Shown in pieces: positions 1-12,600 of a DNA stretch of 64,000 nucleotides (positions are counted from its first letter, which is position 1; every line of letters begins with the position of its first letter). The notes beneath the pieces are model-generated. The model saw only the letters and a list, made by a program, of their open reading frames with translations. It searched no databases and was not told the DNA's origin. Made by a program: the position numbers and the translations under genes. This DNA comes from Octopus vulgaris (lineage: Eukaryota), in the NCBI GenBank assembly GCA_951406725.2, contig OX597814.1:83390001-83454000 (forward strand), given 5' to 3'.

Positions 1-152
1 GGGAAGCAAGCTTCTTACCACACAGCCACTCTGTACCTATATATATATATATATATATTGGTTTGGCCTATGCTTGCTTTTTTCCACTATTTCAATGTCA
101 CCTGATCGAGAAGTGGAGGTACGTAGCATTTGATAAATCTATTTTAGTGGAA

Positions 153-221
153 GTTGACACTGACGAAAGACATGGAATTTATATTTTATTATATTCCTAA
201 TCTAGAAACGCGTTCGTAAAT
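153..221 (+). ncRNA. Degenerate minimal type-I hammerhead ribozyme motif (Penelope-like element remnant, about 59-395)
   Basis: CTGACGA at 160-166; stem II AGA..GGAAT/ATTCC..TCT; GAAA at 205-208; palindromic stem III ACGCGT (208-213) followed by T (GUU site). Stem I is only partly paired. The segment lies between TA-rich microsatellites (38-58 and about 393-412). Confidence 0.55.
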
Positions 222-1129
222 AACCGTTAGACTTTGTTTTCGTTATTTCTTCCTTCTGTTTTGCATATGTAAATTACAAGGATATGTCGTATGTGGAGTC
301 TCATTTGTAGAAAATAGAAATAAACAGTCTTTGACTGCTATTTCTAATTTTTTCAGTATGTGGCTAAGCAACTTGTTGCCTGCCTCTTTTATTTATATAC
401 TATATATGTATATGACAGGCTATCAAATTCATTCACAAAACTTTGGTTGACCCAGAGCTACAGAAGACACTTGCTCTACATAGCATATTCTAAAACTGCA
501 ACAACATAGAGATTAGCACCTAATTTCTACAGTTGTCACCTACACTTTCCTTTTCTCTACCTCCCCTACTTAGAACCCCTTGACACTGGTTTTTCATAAT
601 ATTCACTGCCTTGTCCATTCCCTGTTTCTAACCACTTCTCACTCCCCCTTTACACACTTGCATAAATTTGCAGTATTGTTCTTTATTGACATAACTAAAC
701 CAATTTAATATAGATATATGATTATTTCACAATAGAAGAGAAATTATATTTAATTTTTATTTATTTAGTAATTATATATATATTGAAATCTAAGAAATCT
801 TGCTATCTTGTTTTTAGCAGGATTGATTAACTTACATTTAGCACTAATAGAGAAATTGACTCTGTTTGAAAAGAGAAATTAATGTCATTTGAGAAAATTA
901 ATTGTTTATATGAGAAATTATCAATAGTATTTCAAAATGACAATGGATTAAATGAATGTTTAAAAATGCTTGGTTATTGCATTCTTCAAAATGCTTACCT
1001 CATAATAATGTACTTCTAACTGTTTAAATATAAATAAAAAATATTACGTATGCATTAACATAACAACCATTTCTATCTCTATTTTTTGTTGTATTTGTTT
1101 TTTTTTTTGTTTTTGTTTTTTGTTTATGT

Positions 1130-1500
1130 CCATAGACGTATTCATGGCTCTATGGTTGAGAAGCATGCTTCCCAATCATGTAGTCTTAAGTTTAGTCCCA
1201 CTGCACAGCACCTTTGACAAGTGTTTTCTATTTTTGCCTCAGGCCAATTAAAGCCTTGTGAGTGGATTTGGTTGACATGGGGAAAGAAGCCTGTCATGTT
1301 TGTGTGTGTGTGTGTGTATGTAAGGCTGTTTGTTTCCAGTCTTCCTTGAAAAATCTGTCTGATCATAAGGAAATATTATCTTGGTTGTAAACGGAAAAGT
1401 TGTCAGCAGGAAAGGCATCCAGATGTTGTAAATCTGCAACAAATTTTGTCTGACTCATGCAAGCACGGAGAAGTGGGTGTTAAATGTTGATAAGAATGAT
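1130..1500 (+). mobile_element. tRNA-derived SINE (CORE-like family) with RTE-type 3' tail
   Basis: Body motif ACCTTTGACAAGTGTTTTCTA..AAAGCCTTGTGAGTGGATTTGG recurs throughout the window. It has an internal (TG)n, and its 3' end AGGAAAGGCATCCAG..CATGCAAGCACGGA..GTTAAATG matches the RTE 3' end at 6247-6382. Confidence 0.75.
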
Positions 1501-2735
1501 GTATGTATATTGATTATTCTGTGCATACATTCTCCATTTTCTTTGCTTTGTTAAAATTTTTCTCTTGTATCAAAAAGATGAAAACATCTATAGCGAAAAC
1601 TGTGACTTCAAGAGTGTAAGGTAATAATTATCAAAGAAAAACCAACGATAAGTACTAGTACATATGCATATGTAGAATTCCAAGTATCATTAATAGATAT
1701 AGAGCTAAACTGGTGTACACTTGGATAAATATCCCTAGGAAAGAACAACTTCTTTCCACACACACATACACACATATCAACCATCATCATTTAAAGTCTG
1801 CTTTCCATGCTGGAATGGGTTGGACAGTTTGACATGGAGCTAGCCAGACTCTAACTGTCTGTTGTGGCAATTGGAGCTGGACAGCTCCCAGATGGCCTAC
1901 TCAATGTATATATATCAATTGTCAGTATACATATTTTTTTGTAATAAGGATGACATTGACTTTCAATCCATCTAAGCAAGCAATATGCTCAATTATGTTG
2001 AAATTGACAACAGCAACTCAGCCAACTCATACCAGTATGGCAAACAAACATAGAATAATAATGATGACCACAACAGTGACAGCAATAACTGTAATAATAT
2101 ATAAGCATGTATTTTCATTCATGCCATATTGCTTTCTATAATTCATTCTTAATTTGACTTTGATTAGTAACAAACATTCTCTCTATTTTCAACACCAATC
2201 GTCCCCCGCCCCCAAATCCCCAAGTCTCTATATAAACCAGCGTTTGCTCTGTCCTTGCCTCTACTCAATTCTCACTGCTTTGCTTTGGATGATAAACTCG
2301 GATCTCAGAAATGTGCAGCTAAGATATTTTGACTCTAACCTTAGTTCATTACCGTTAGGCGCTGATCTAACCCTAATATCTTCTCCCCACTCTATTATCT
2401 ATCTCTCTATCTTCTTCCTCTCTATATTTTTTTATCTCTCTGTCTTGTAAACATGATGCCGCTAGCTTCCTATTTGTCTTTTTCGGTACATTTTCTATAT
2501 TCCTCCTTTATTTCAGGGTATTCCTTTTCTCCCAAAATTCCCTAAAATAATTTCGGCATTTGCTGTTTTGCAGTACGCCCGCCCTCCCACCCCCTCCACC
2601 AAAACCGGAAGTTAGTACCTCAGTCTACTTGTGCTTCCCCCCTCCCGCAGACACTCCCACACCCCCATAGTAGGGCTATTCGATCATATAGCACAAAAAC
2701 TGTAGTGTATGAAGGTTGTAGTCTAGTGTTTCTTT

Positions 2736-5700
2736 ATGAAATCTGCCAATCGCAAGTCTTCTTTTCAGGTACATGACACTTCTGTCCCCCATCCCAGGGT
2801 CCCACAGGCCCACACCTCTCACACCCTCAGAGTTGGCACACTCAATGTTGGCACATTGAAAGGTAGGTCTGGTGAGATTGTCGAGCTGCTTGAACGGAGA
2901 CGTGTGGATTTGTGCTGCATCCAAGAAGTGAGGTGGAGAGGAGGTTCCACTAGGTTCCTCACAGGCAAGGAACACAGGTACAAGATTTTCAGGGCAGGGA
3001 ACACTGACAGGGTCGGAGGCGTGGGTATACTTCTTGCAGAGAAATGGGTTGATAAGGTAGTCGAGGTAGTCAGAGTATGTGACAGAATACTTAAGATTAG
3101 ACTAGTGCTTTATCATAGGTCAGCAACCATTATCTCGGCATATGCCCCTCAGCCGGGGCTACCAGAAAGACAGAAAGACTGATTCTATGACACCCTATTA
3201 CAGACTACCTCATTGACAAATGACAGTGACCTTCCCTTTGTGGCAGGTGACTTCAATGGACATGTTGGACAGCATGTCGGGGGCTTCCATGGCATACACA
3301 GGGGCTACGGTTTTGGTTCTCGCAATGAGGAGGGAACCAGGCTGCTGGAGTTCTGCGATGCAAATGACCTTATGATTTGCAATACCAGCTTCAGGAAACC
3401 CACCTCTTACCTAGTCACCAACCGTTCTGGCAGACACACTAGCCAGATCGACTACATCCTCACCAGAAAGAGGGAAAGAAGGCTGCTTATAAATGCCAAA
3501 ACCTTCCCAGGCGAGGAATGTACTCCTCAACATAGATTAGTAGTTAGCGACTTCAGGATCAGGGTCAAATGGCTGCAAAGAAGAAGACCAGCTCGGAGGA
3601 GAAGAGTCTGGAAACTTAAAGATCCTGTAAATGGACGGAGATTTAGAGAAGTTCTACTCGAAGCTTTCAACGAAATAGAAGGGGATATAGCATCACATAA
3701 TGTGGAAGCCAACTGGAGGTTTCTATGGGACAATCTGCTGAGAGCCACTGACCAGATCTATGGATGGAGCAAAGTCCCATCTCGTCCCAGGGTAACGTGG
3801 TGGTGGAACAATGTTGGTGACAGGGCTATTAGAGACAAGAGACAGGCTTGGAAGGACTGGAGGAAAGGCAGTTGTAGGGAATTGTATCAGACTGCAAACA
3901 GAGAAGCTAGGAGACAGGTATATTTAGCTAGAGGGGAAGCAGATAAGAAAAAATTTGCCAATGTTCTGCGCCGTGAGGACCAAAGACTTGTGGTGTTTCG
4001 TGTTGCAAGACAGTGTGTGAGAGAGAATCGTGATGTGGTAGGAGAGAAATGTGTTCACATGGATGATGGTTCACTTGCACTAAATGAGGATGCAAAGAGA
4101 GAGGTTTGGAGATGCCACTATGGAAGGTTGCTCAACAAAGAGAATAAATGGGATAAAGAGAGTCTGCCGAATGTCGACCCAATAGAGGGACCAGCTATCC
4201 GAGTTGACAGTTCCATGGTAGTTAAGGCAATTGGAAGCATGAAGACAGGGAAAGCCCCAGGCCCATCAGGAATTACTGCTGAGATGCTCAAAATATCTGG
4301 CAGTGTCGGCTATAGCCTAGTCACCTGTATAGTTAACCAGGTGATACACGAAGGAGTCATACCCAATGACTGGTGTAGTAGCATAATAGTCAACTGCTAC
4401 AAAGGTAAAGGTGACGCCCTAGATACAAGTAATTACAGAGGTATTAAGCTGTTGGACCAGGTAATGAAGGTTACGGAAAGGGTCATAGCCCAAATGATTA
4501 GAGAGAGAGTCAACCTAGATGAGATGCAGTTTAGTTTTGTGCCAGGGAAAAGCACCACTGATGCCATATTTCTGGTGAGACAGCTGCAGGAGAAATACCT
4601 AGCCAAAGATAAAACTCTGTACCTGGCTTTCGTTGACTTAGAGAAAGCCTTTGACAGGGACCCCTGATCCCTTATCTGGTGGTCAATGAGGAAACTAGGG
4701 ATAGATGAATGATTAGTGAGAGCTGTGCGTGCCATGTACAGGGATGCTGTTAGTAAGGTGAGGGTTGGTAACGAGTACAGTGAAGAATTCCGGGTGGAGG
4801 TTGGGGTCCACCAAGGCTCAGTCCTCAGCCCCTCCTATTTATCATAGTCCTCCAGGCAATAACGGAGGAATTCAAGACAGAATGCTCCTGGGAGCTCCTC
4901 TATGCTGACGACCTTGCTCTAATTGCTGAATCACTATCAGAACTCGAGGTGAAGTTTTAGGCGTGGAAGCAAGGATTAGAATCGAAGGGCCTTAGAGTCA
5001 ATCTAGCTAAAACCAAAGTCCTAATAAGTAGGAAGGTAGACAAATCTCAAACGCCTTCAGGTAGATGGCCCTGCTCGATCTGTAGAAAAGGCGTAGGTAG
5101 GAACTCTATAAGATGCACCAAGTGTAAGCTATGGACACATAAGAGGTGCAGCAATGTCAAAGGAAGGCTAACTAGGAAGATAGTTTTTGTATGTGGCAGA
5201 TGCTATGGTTCAATAAAGACTGAAAATGCGCAGATACCATCTTCCGCCACATTCCAGGGAGAAAAACTTGAAATAGTTGATAGTTTCCGTTACCTAGGTG
5301 ACCAAGTCAGTAGCGGGGGTGGGTGTGCCAAAAGTGTAACTGCTAGAGTAAGAATAGCCTGGGCAAAGTTCAGAGAGCTCTTACCTCTGCTGGTGACAAA
5401 GGGCCTCTCGCTCAGAGTAAAAGGCAGACTGTATGACGCATGTGTGCAAACAGCCATGCTACATGGCAGTGAAACATGGGCCGTGACTGCTGAGGATATG
5501 CGTAAGCTCGCAAGAAATGAAGCCAGTATGCTCCGTTGGATGTGTAATGTCAGTGTTCATACCCGACAGAGTGTAAGTGCCTTGAGAGAAAAGTTGGACC
5601 TAAGAAGCATCAGATGTGGTGTGCAAGAGAGACGTCTACGCTGGTATGGACACGTAGTAAGAATGGATGAAGATAGTTGTGTGAAAAAGTGCCACACCCT

Positions 5701-5857
5701 AGCGGTTGAGGGAACCTGTGGAAGAGGTAGATCCAGGAAAACCTGGGACAAGGTGGTGAAGAACGGCCTTCGCGCTTTAGGTCTCACCGAGGAAATGACC
5801 AGAGACTGAGACCTTTGGAAGTATGCTGTGCGCGAGAAGACCTGGCAGGACACGTGA
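2736..5857 (+). pseudogene. RTE ORF: AP endonuclease + reverse transcriptase + PHD-like zinc finger, disrupted
   Basis: APE motifs GTLNVGTL, CIQEVRW, SAYAPQ, VAGDFNGHVG, QIDYIL. RT motifs KAPGPSG, NYRGIKLL, FVDLEKAFD, GVHQGSVLSP, YADD (4901-4912), YLG. In-frame stops at 3180, 4665, 4710, 4958 and 5807 and a 1-nt deletion near 4830; the likely true stop is at 5855-5857. Confidence 0.93.
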
Positions 5858-6012
5858 GGCCATAACCCATGGTCCCTACCTGGGACGTAGTCAGTCCACC
5901 TGTGCATACCTTCCTTCTTGGGACACATAACTCTACTTGTGAAGACCTGTTGAGGCAAGTGAAAATCAAATCACATCAAAATCGATGAACATCAATGGAA
6001 TTTGTATTTTTG

Positions 6013-6220
6013 TGGCACATAAGAAAACCATCCGAATGTGGCCATAGCCAGTATCGCATCGACTGGCCTCCGTGCTGTGGGCACGTAACAAACACCATTC
6101 GATCGTGGCCGTGCCAGCCTCACCTGGCCTCCGTGCCGGTGGCACGTAAAAAACACCATCCGAGCGTGGCCGTTTGCCAGCCTCGTCTGGCACCTGTGTC
6201 GGTGTCACATAAAAAGCACC
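6013..6220 (+). repeat. About 60-bp tandem repeat (3-4 units) in the RTE 3' UTR
   Basis: Units begin TGG(G)CACRTAA..ACCAT(C/T)CGA..GTGGCC at 6013, 6078 and 6140, with a partial fourth unit near 6203. Confidence 0.85.
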
Positions 6221-6521
6221 CACTACGCTCACGGAGTGGTTGGCGTTAGGAAGGGCATCCAGCTGTAGAAACTCTGCCAGATCTGACTGGCCTGGTGCAG
6301 CCTTCGGCCTTCCCAGACCCCAGTTGAACGGTCCAACCCATGCTAGCATGGAAAGCGGACGTTAAACGATGATGATGATGATGTTATCCCATGTCAAGAA
6401 ATCAGCATCTGTACGATATTTTGATTGTATATTTCATGGAAAATATCTGAAAATGGGCAACATAAAAAAATGGAGAAATGTTCTGTAGAATTTCAGCTTC
6501 TAATATATTACATCACTCAAA

Positions 6522-6707
6522 AAGGTGGCGAGCTGGCAAAATTGTTAGTATACCAGGCGAAATGCTTAGCAGTATTTCATCTGTCTTTATATTCTGAGTT
6601 CGAATTTCACTGAAGTTAACTTTGCCTTTCATTTTTTTGGGGATTGATGTAACTGACTTACCTCAACCCTCAAACTAGCTGGCCTTGTGCCAAAATTTGA
6701 AATTAAT
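6522..6707 (+). mobile_element. tRNA-derived SINE, second family
   Basis: GGTGGCGAGCTGGCA head, TTCTGAGTTCGAAT B-box-like motif and AACTTTGCCTTTCAT core. Related copies at about 15690-15820, 16000-16200, 16612-16815, 31585-31760(-), 37140-37300(-), 47920-48010 and 61175-61265. Confidence 0.75.
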
Positions 6708-7705
6708 ATATTATGTCACTCAGTATTACTCGGTTTTCAGTACTGAGTGTGTTTTTACCTTATTTTTGTTTATATCTATGTGCATGAGTGTGTGAATACA
6801 CACATCCTCACAAACACACATATATGTCACAGTGGTGCAAATATATTTAACACTTCAAGAAATAAACAGAACATAAATTTTACAGATTTTTGTGTACTTT
6901 TAGATGATGAAAATGGATTTTCCACAATATAATTGCTTCAATTTTATCATGCAATCATTTGCTAGAAAAGTATAGCTCTATTTATCATTCAACTATGGTA
7001 GTAGTTGAACAATATTCTTAAGGCTGCAATTTATTCACATGCAGTACCTTGCAGAGCTTATCACTAATTCAGTTCTTAACCAAATTGAAAACTGTTAACA
7101 TTTTTTAAAAGGACTGGTTCCCAGCTACATTTTGGCATAAAACAATTGAGATTTAACCCAGTAGAAAAAAGTTTACATCAAAATTTGTAGCAAAGTTATA
7201 GGAGAGTAAGTAATGCCACCAATCAAGTTTAGATCTAAATAACAAAATATATTTATCTTAGCTTCAGTGATAGAAGAAAGCATGAAGAATTCTATAGTTT
7301 TGTTACCTTGCAACAAAAATTTGTATCAAAGAAGTTGTGAGGTAAAATATCATGAAAAAAAATATAAGTATAGCAAAAAATTGGATTTAAGTATAATTAA
7401 CTTTTTTATTTTAAAAGCAAACTATATTTTAATTAAGCTTAAATGAAAGAGTTCAGTTTCAGGAATTTCATGGTATCAATCTCATGCAATGAAGTTTTAA
7501 AAGAAAAACGTTATGAGTGTTTGTTTCTTAAATTTGAGGGTGATAATATAGTTCTATGCTTTTTTATGAATATAGTTCTACAAGGGGACTTTTAATACAT
7601 ATCACTGGTGTCATTGAGGTAAGGAAAAAATCATCAATGACATCACTAATTGATGCATTTGACACATTATTAATTAGCATAATAGCATAGCCTGGAAAAA
7701 ACTTG

Positions 7706-8561
7706 GATTACATGGAAAAATGCAAGCAAGAGAAATAATATTCTTAAGATTATAAACCTGGAAAATTACAGGAGAAGTTATTACACTTGGAAAAGTTCAG
7801 GACAAGTTATTACATCTGGTAAAGTACAGAACAAGAAAATTTTTACTTAAAATATTGCAGCTAAGGATAAAATGTGAATATTAAAAATGATTTGATTTTA
7901 ATTTACAAAATAACAGTATGATTAAAAAAAGTATCATCATTTTTTTAAAATATTGACACACTAGAATACTTAAAAATGAGAGCCAGAAGTACCAATGTAA
8001 GTTAAAGTTTTATGCAAAGTAGAGTAGTATATATGGTAGGCAAATGCATTATGTAAAAAATAGGCATTGGGTCAAGACTAAAAATGTGAAGACTTGGCAA
8101 TAACGTAAGTGACTCAAGCAAATTTTGCTATGAATTTGTTGTTATAGGTAGATTTTACTGTAATATATAACTAATTTTTCTATTTATTGTACTAACTGTG
8201 TACTACTACTATTCTTATAACCTATTTTCAAATTTTAAATTGATAATTTTTTTTTTTAAATGAATATCTTTAAATGCAAAAAATATTTTGAGTTATTTTT
8301 AATAGAAGTAACAATAATAGAAGTAATAACTTGTAATAAAATTTTTAGTTTTAATAAAAGCTAATATTTTCTAAATCTAAATATTTTATTTAAAATTTTA
8401 TTCTTAGCTGCAATATTTTAAGTAAAAATTTTCTTGTTCTGTACTTTACCAGATGTAATAGCTGTCCTAAACATTTCCAAGTGTAATAACCTGTCCTGTA
8501 ATTTTCCAGGTTTATAATCTTAAGAATATTATTTTTCTTGCTCACATTTTTCCATGTAATC
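7706..8561. mobile_element. Foldback/MITE-like element with about 167-bp terminal inverted repeats
   Basis: 7706-7873 is the reverse complement of 8395-8561 with scattered mismatches. Each arm holds three subrepeats of about 28 bp. The spacer is AT-rich and no TSD was identified. Confidence 0.8.
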
Positions 8562-8720
8562 TACCTATCTAATACACTCCCACAGAGGAATATACATACA
8601 TACATACATAGATATGCACTTAAGCTTAATAGAGGGTTTCTTAGAGAAATCTGGCTAATGGTCTATCAATGTGAAGTGAAGTCTAGGGTGTAGGGTTCAG
8701 TTTGATTGTGTATCCCCAAA

Positions 8721-8721
<1 letters not shown>

Positions 8722-8809
<88 letters not shown>
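8722..8809. repeat. (CA)n(TA)n compound microsatellite
   Basis: Direct read of the sequence. Confidence 0.97.
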
Positions 8810-8814
<5 letters not shown>

Positions 8815-8839
8815 ATGACAATTGAAAGAAATGTTAATA

Positions 8840-9245
8840 GATCCCACCCATTTGGTCTCAGTTTCAATCTCACTGCATGGCACAAGGGGCAAGTGTTTTT
8901 TTTTTACCATAGCCCCTGGCCAACTAAAGCTTTGTGAGTGGGTTTGATAAAAAAAAAACTGAAAGTAGCTTGTCATATGTATGTATGTATGTATGTATCT
9001 GTATGTGTGTGTTTATGTGTACCCTTGTCTTGACATGTAATGCTTGCAAATGGGCATCATCATCATATAAGTGATGTTTGTTTCAAGAATTCTGAGAAAG
9101 ACATGTTGGACATGGGGAAATATTACCTTGCTTGGAAATAGGTAACAGTTGATGACAGAAAAGATATCTGGCCTTAGAAACTTGCTTCAACAAATTCCCC
9201 CTGACCCATGCAAGCATGGAAAAGGAGACATTAAATGATGATGTT
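8840..9245 (+). mobile_element. CORE-like SINE with RTE-type tail
   Basis: GGGCAAGTGT..AAAGCTTTGTGAGTGGGTTTG body, internal (TATG)n, and 3' CCCATGCAAGCATGGAAA..TTAAATGATGATG. Confidence 0.75.
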
Positions 9246-11279
9246 TACGATATAATTCCATACTGTTTATATCCACCAAATTCTATTTACAAACCATTGG
9301 TCAACCTGTGGCTCTCATAGAAACACATGCCCAAAGTACTGTGATGAGAGATCAAATCTGTGATTTCAATGCAAACATAATATGTTAATAACACAACCAT
9401 CTTTGTGTTCAGTCATGGAAATTCTCAGTAAATTATTACACCATCATATTTTTGAAACCCCAATGCAGATAGTTTTCTATATAAATTAAGTCTTTCTTGA
9501 CAAGATTCTATTTCAAATTTTATTCAGTATCATAGAATTATGCTCACAATACTACTTAAGATGAAGCAATATTTTATATATTCTTTTCAATATATATTTT
9601 GATTCATAAACATATATATTCTCTTAAATATATAAGATGATTTTTTTTAATGGACAAACGAGTTCCTCATTTTCCAACAAATTCTAAGTACTCAAGCTAC
9701 TATGATTCATATTTACGAAAACACCACTGCAAGTTCTTGTATTCTTCCTATACATCTTATTTCCCACAGTTCTACTTTACAATGTTGCTGCTTCTATTGG
9801 TTTGTGGTTTATGCTAGTTTATCTTAATATTTTTATTCTTTATTCTTCTAATATTATATTACTATTGGGTGATGGAATTCACAGAAGAGCAAAATGTTTG
9901 TCTTGTTTCTCAGTTTGGTAGTTAATATTTTCGTTTTTATCCCTAGGTTTGTTCTGATCTTGCAAACCTATGATCAAAGACATTCCAAATATGACCTCTC
10001 TATCTTTTTCTTTATAACATGGTGCAAATCAATTATGGACAAACTGTGGCCACATAAACTTTCTAAATGGCATGCCTAGTAGTGCATCCTACCTGGTGAT
10101 GAGCCATGTTCCATATGGCCAGTTTTTTGAAAAAGGTTATTCATGTCTAGTGTAAACCAAACTATATTTATTTTATGTTTATTTCCCTTTAAAAGATAAT
10201 AGGATGTTATCTGAGGGCCATTTGGCTCCTATTTATTTATAGCAGGATGGGTGACAATGTAGAAGCTGTTTCATTAGCTCCTCTTACTATGAATCATGCC
10301 AGTTGAACTTTGCCTTCCATCCTGCTGACTCAGTAAAATGATACACTAAGTAATATACTAATTTATAACTGTATCCTATTCATATCTTTAGCTTAGGCTT
10401 TTGAGTCTTGTTGAAAGAAACTATTTTTCTTTGCATTGCTCCTTTTCAACGTTTGTATTGATATTTTTATAGTTGATGTACAAGTGAATTGTTGAAGTCT
10501 ATGATAAGGCCTGCTACATCCAGTATGGATATTATATTGCTTCAAACTGTTTGAGTAGCTACTGCCATGCCGTTGGTTTTCCTCAATATCAACAATAACT
10601 TATATTAAATCATATTTGCTTGGAAGCCCATTGACTGAAATATATTTTGATTGAGAATTATTCAATCAAAAGATTTATTCTTTTTCTCTTTTTTTTTTAT
10701 GCTTCCAGTCTTGTATAATTCCTGAAAATTATTGCAGTATATGTCATCAGACTCTATAAAACATGCAGTTTACCAGTTTCTCTTCCTTCCAGATGCCATT
10801 TCTCAATAACCTTCTCCTCCTATTGACAATATAGTTTATGTTTGTATAACACTGGTGTGTTTGTATAGGTCTGCATACATTCATTTGCATATGAATCTTT
10901 CTATGCGTTATGTTTATGAGTCTCTTTATATGATATGTGTGTATGACTTTTTAGTGTGTACAAGCTGTGTTCATGTGTGCATGTTCTATAGAAGTTCTTT
11001 GCACAGTAATATGATATGTATTTGGTGAACATTATTTAAAACAGGAGTACACATGAAGATATTTATGAGGATGTCCAAGTTACATGTGTGTGTGAGTATG
11101 TTTGTGTAATTCCTGAACAGAAGATTTGATTGAATTAGTATGTTTATGGGATTAACTTAACTATATGACATCAGTTTTATCAAAATTACATTCCTTGCCA
11201 AACTACATTTTGCTCACATAAACCCAATAACTATATCAAGTCAAATAAGAAGAGCTATAAGGTGTTTTTGATTTTGTTG

Positions 11280-12600
11280 TTTTGTTTGTGGTTTGATCTG
11301 TGCCTATGATTGACACAGACTGACCAAGACCAGTGTGACTGATACAGTTGAGGTTCTTCTTGAGTTGCAAGTCAACAACCGCAAGAAAAACATGAGCAGA
11401 GATAGAATTCCAGAGGGATAACATTCAGGGGAGGTTGGATTGTATGTAAGGTTTTGTGCATGGCCTTGAGGCAGAAGTAGAGTGATGTGAGAAAGATAGA
11501 AGAGAGAAGTGGGTCTGGGTGGAGATGGCATAATATCATCAGCTTTGAGGAACAAAGGCCATTGTAGTAGCAGTAAGTAAGATTTAGAGATGTTTGTGGA
11601 CAAGATATTGGTGAGTAACTCCATGCCACTCAGTTGAGTGGCCTTTATTTGAATAGGGTGTAGGATACTTGACCTGCTAGGAAATACCACTAAATATCCC
11701 TCAGATAATATAGTCTTATGTGTATGAAGTATGTTTACATTGTTGAGTGTTCTTTAATGTTGCTGGTAAGAAGTGGATTTGGTAGGTGCTATTTTAAGTC
11801 AGTCATTGTGGAGCCAGGTTTCTGGAAGATTTAAATAGGGTTGGGCCTGTTGTGCAGCAATATCTGAAGAGTGGTGGGAAGATGTGAATGTAATGTCTTC
11901 TATATGAGCCTGTTATGAAAGTGTAGGAATGTCATACAGCTAAAGATTGGTAAGAGTGAGTAAGAAGAGGAATTCCTGTGGTATTTCATTTGGAAAATTA
12001 TATTGTAAATCCCGGAAATATTGTTATTGTACACTACATTGGCTTGGTAGTCTGAGGAAAGTTTACTAGCTAGTGTTTTGTTTTGGTTCTTAGAATGTGT
12101 TGAATACTTTTTGTTTTGAGCAAGTAGCATGAAATGGAGTGAAAAGGTTTGCTGTTATTGATGGCAGTTAGAATGGTACATAAAGGAGTTTTTTGTTGTT
12201 TAAGCCATCATATAATTCCTCTGTTAGGTTTGTGAGTAGGGTGGTGGTCTAAATCCATGTTGTGACTTAGGGAAAGGGATGGGAAAGTTATGTTAAATAT
12301 TAGTTTTTTCTAGAATTTTTACGATATGCATGAGGATGATGCATCTGAATGACACTACTTCCTCAAGTTTTTGTAAAGTTTTAGAAATGTTTTAATGTTG
12401 TCTAGCTTCCAAATTCAAGGAATTTGATAATGTCAGGATGAGTAGTTGTAGATGTTGGCAAGTGCTATGATTCACCCAAGCCCCAGATATTTTGGGTGCA
12501 TGTGTATGATTTGCTTGGCCCAGAGGGTTTTAAACTTTTAAATTTCCCTTTGCTTTTTGGATATCTGGTGAAAGAAAACAGTTAAAACCTTGGGTTAATG
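11280..12600 (-). mobile_element. Highly decayed Penelope-like element (GIY-YIG region)
   Basis: Minus-strand translation fragments SCPQTSLNLTYCYYNGLC (cf. C-x-S-x-NLIY-x-I-x-C-x2-C) and TLHTIQPPLNV (cf. the GIY-YIG terminal QPxLN), with many stops. Boundaries are approximate. Confidence 0.35.

Larger units (their letters stand above)
2150..6382 (+). mobile_element. Near full-length RTE-clade LINE (non-LTR retrotransposon), recently inactivated
   Basis: Single APE+RT ORF, a 3' UTR with tandem repeats, and a (GAT)n tail ending at about 6382. CpG-retaining 5' region from about 2150; the 5' boundary is approximate and no TSD was found. Confidence 0.95.

Noticed and set aside
6013-6220. Repeat-spacer-like periodicity suggesting CRISPR
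   Set aside because: The units are degenerate tandem repeats within a LINE 3' UTR, with no unique spacers or cas genes, in a eukaryotic context.
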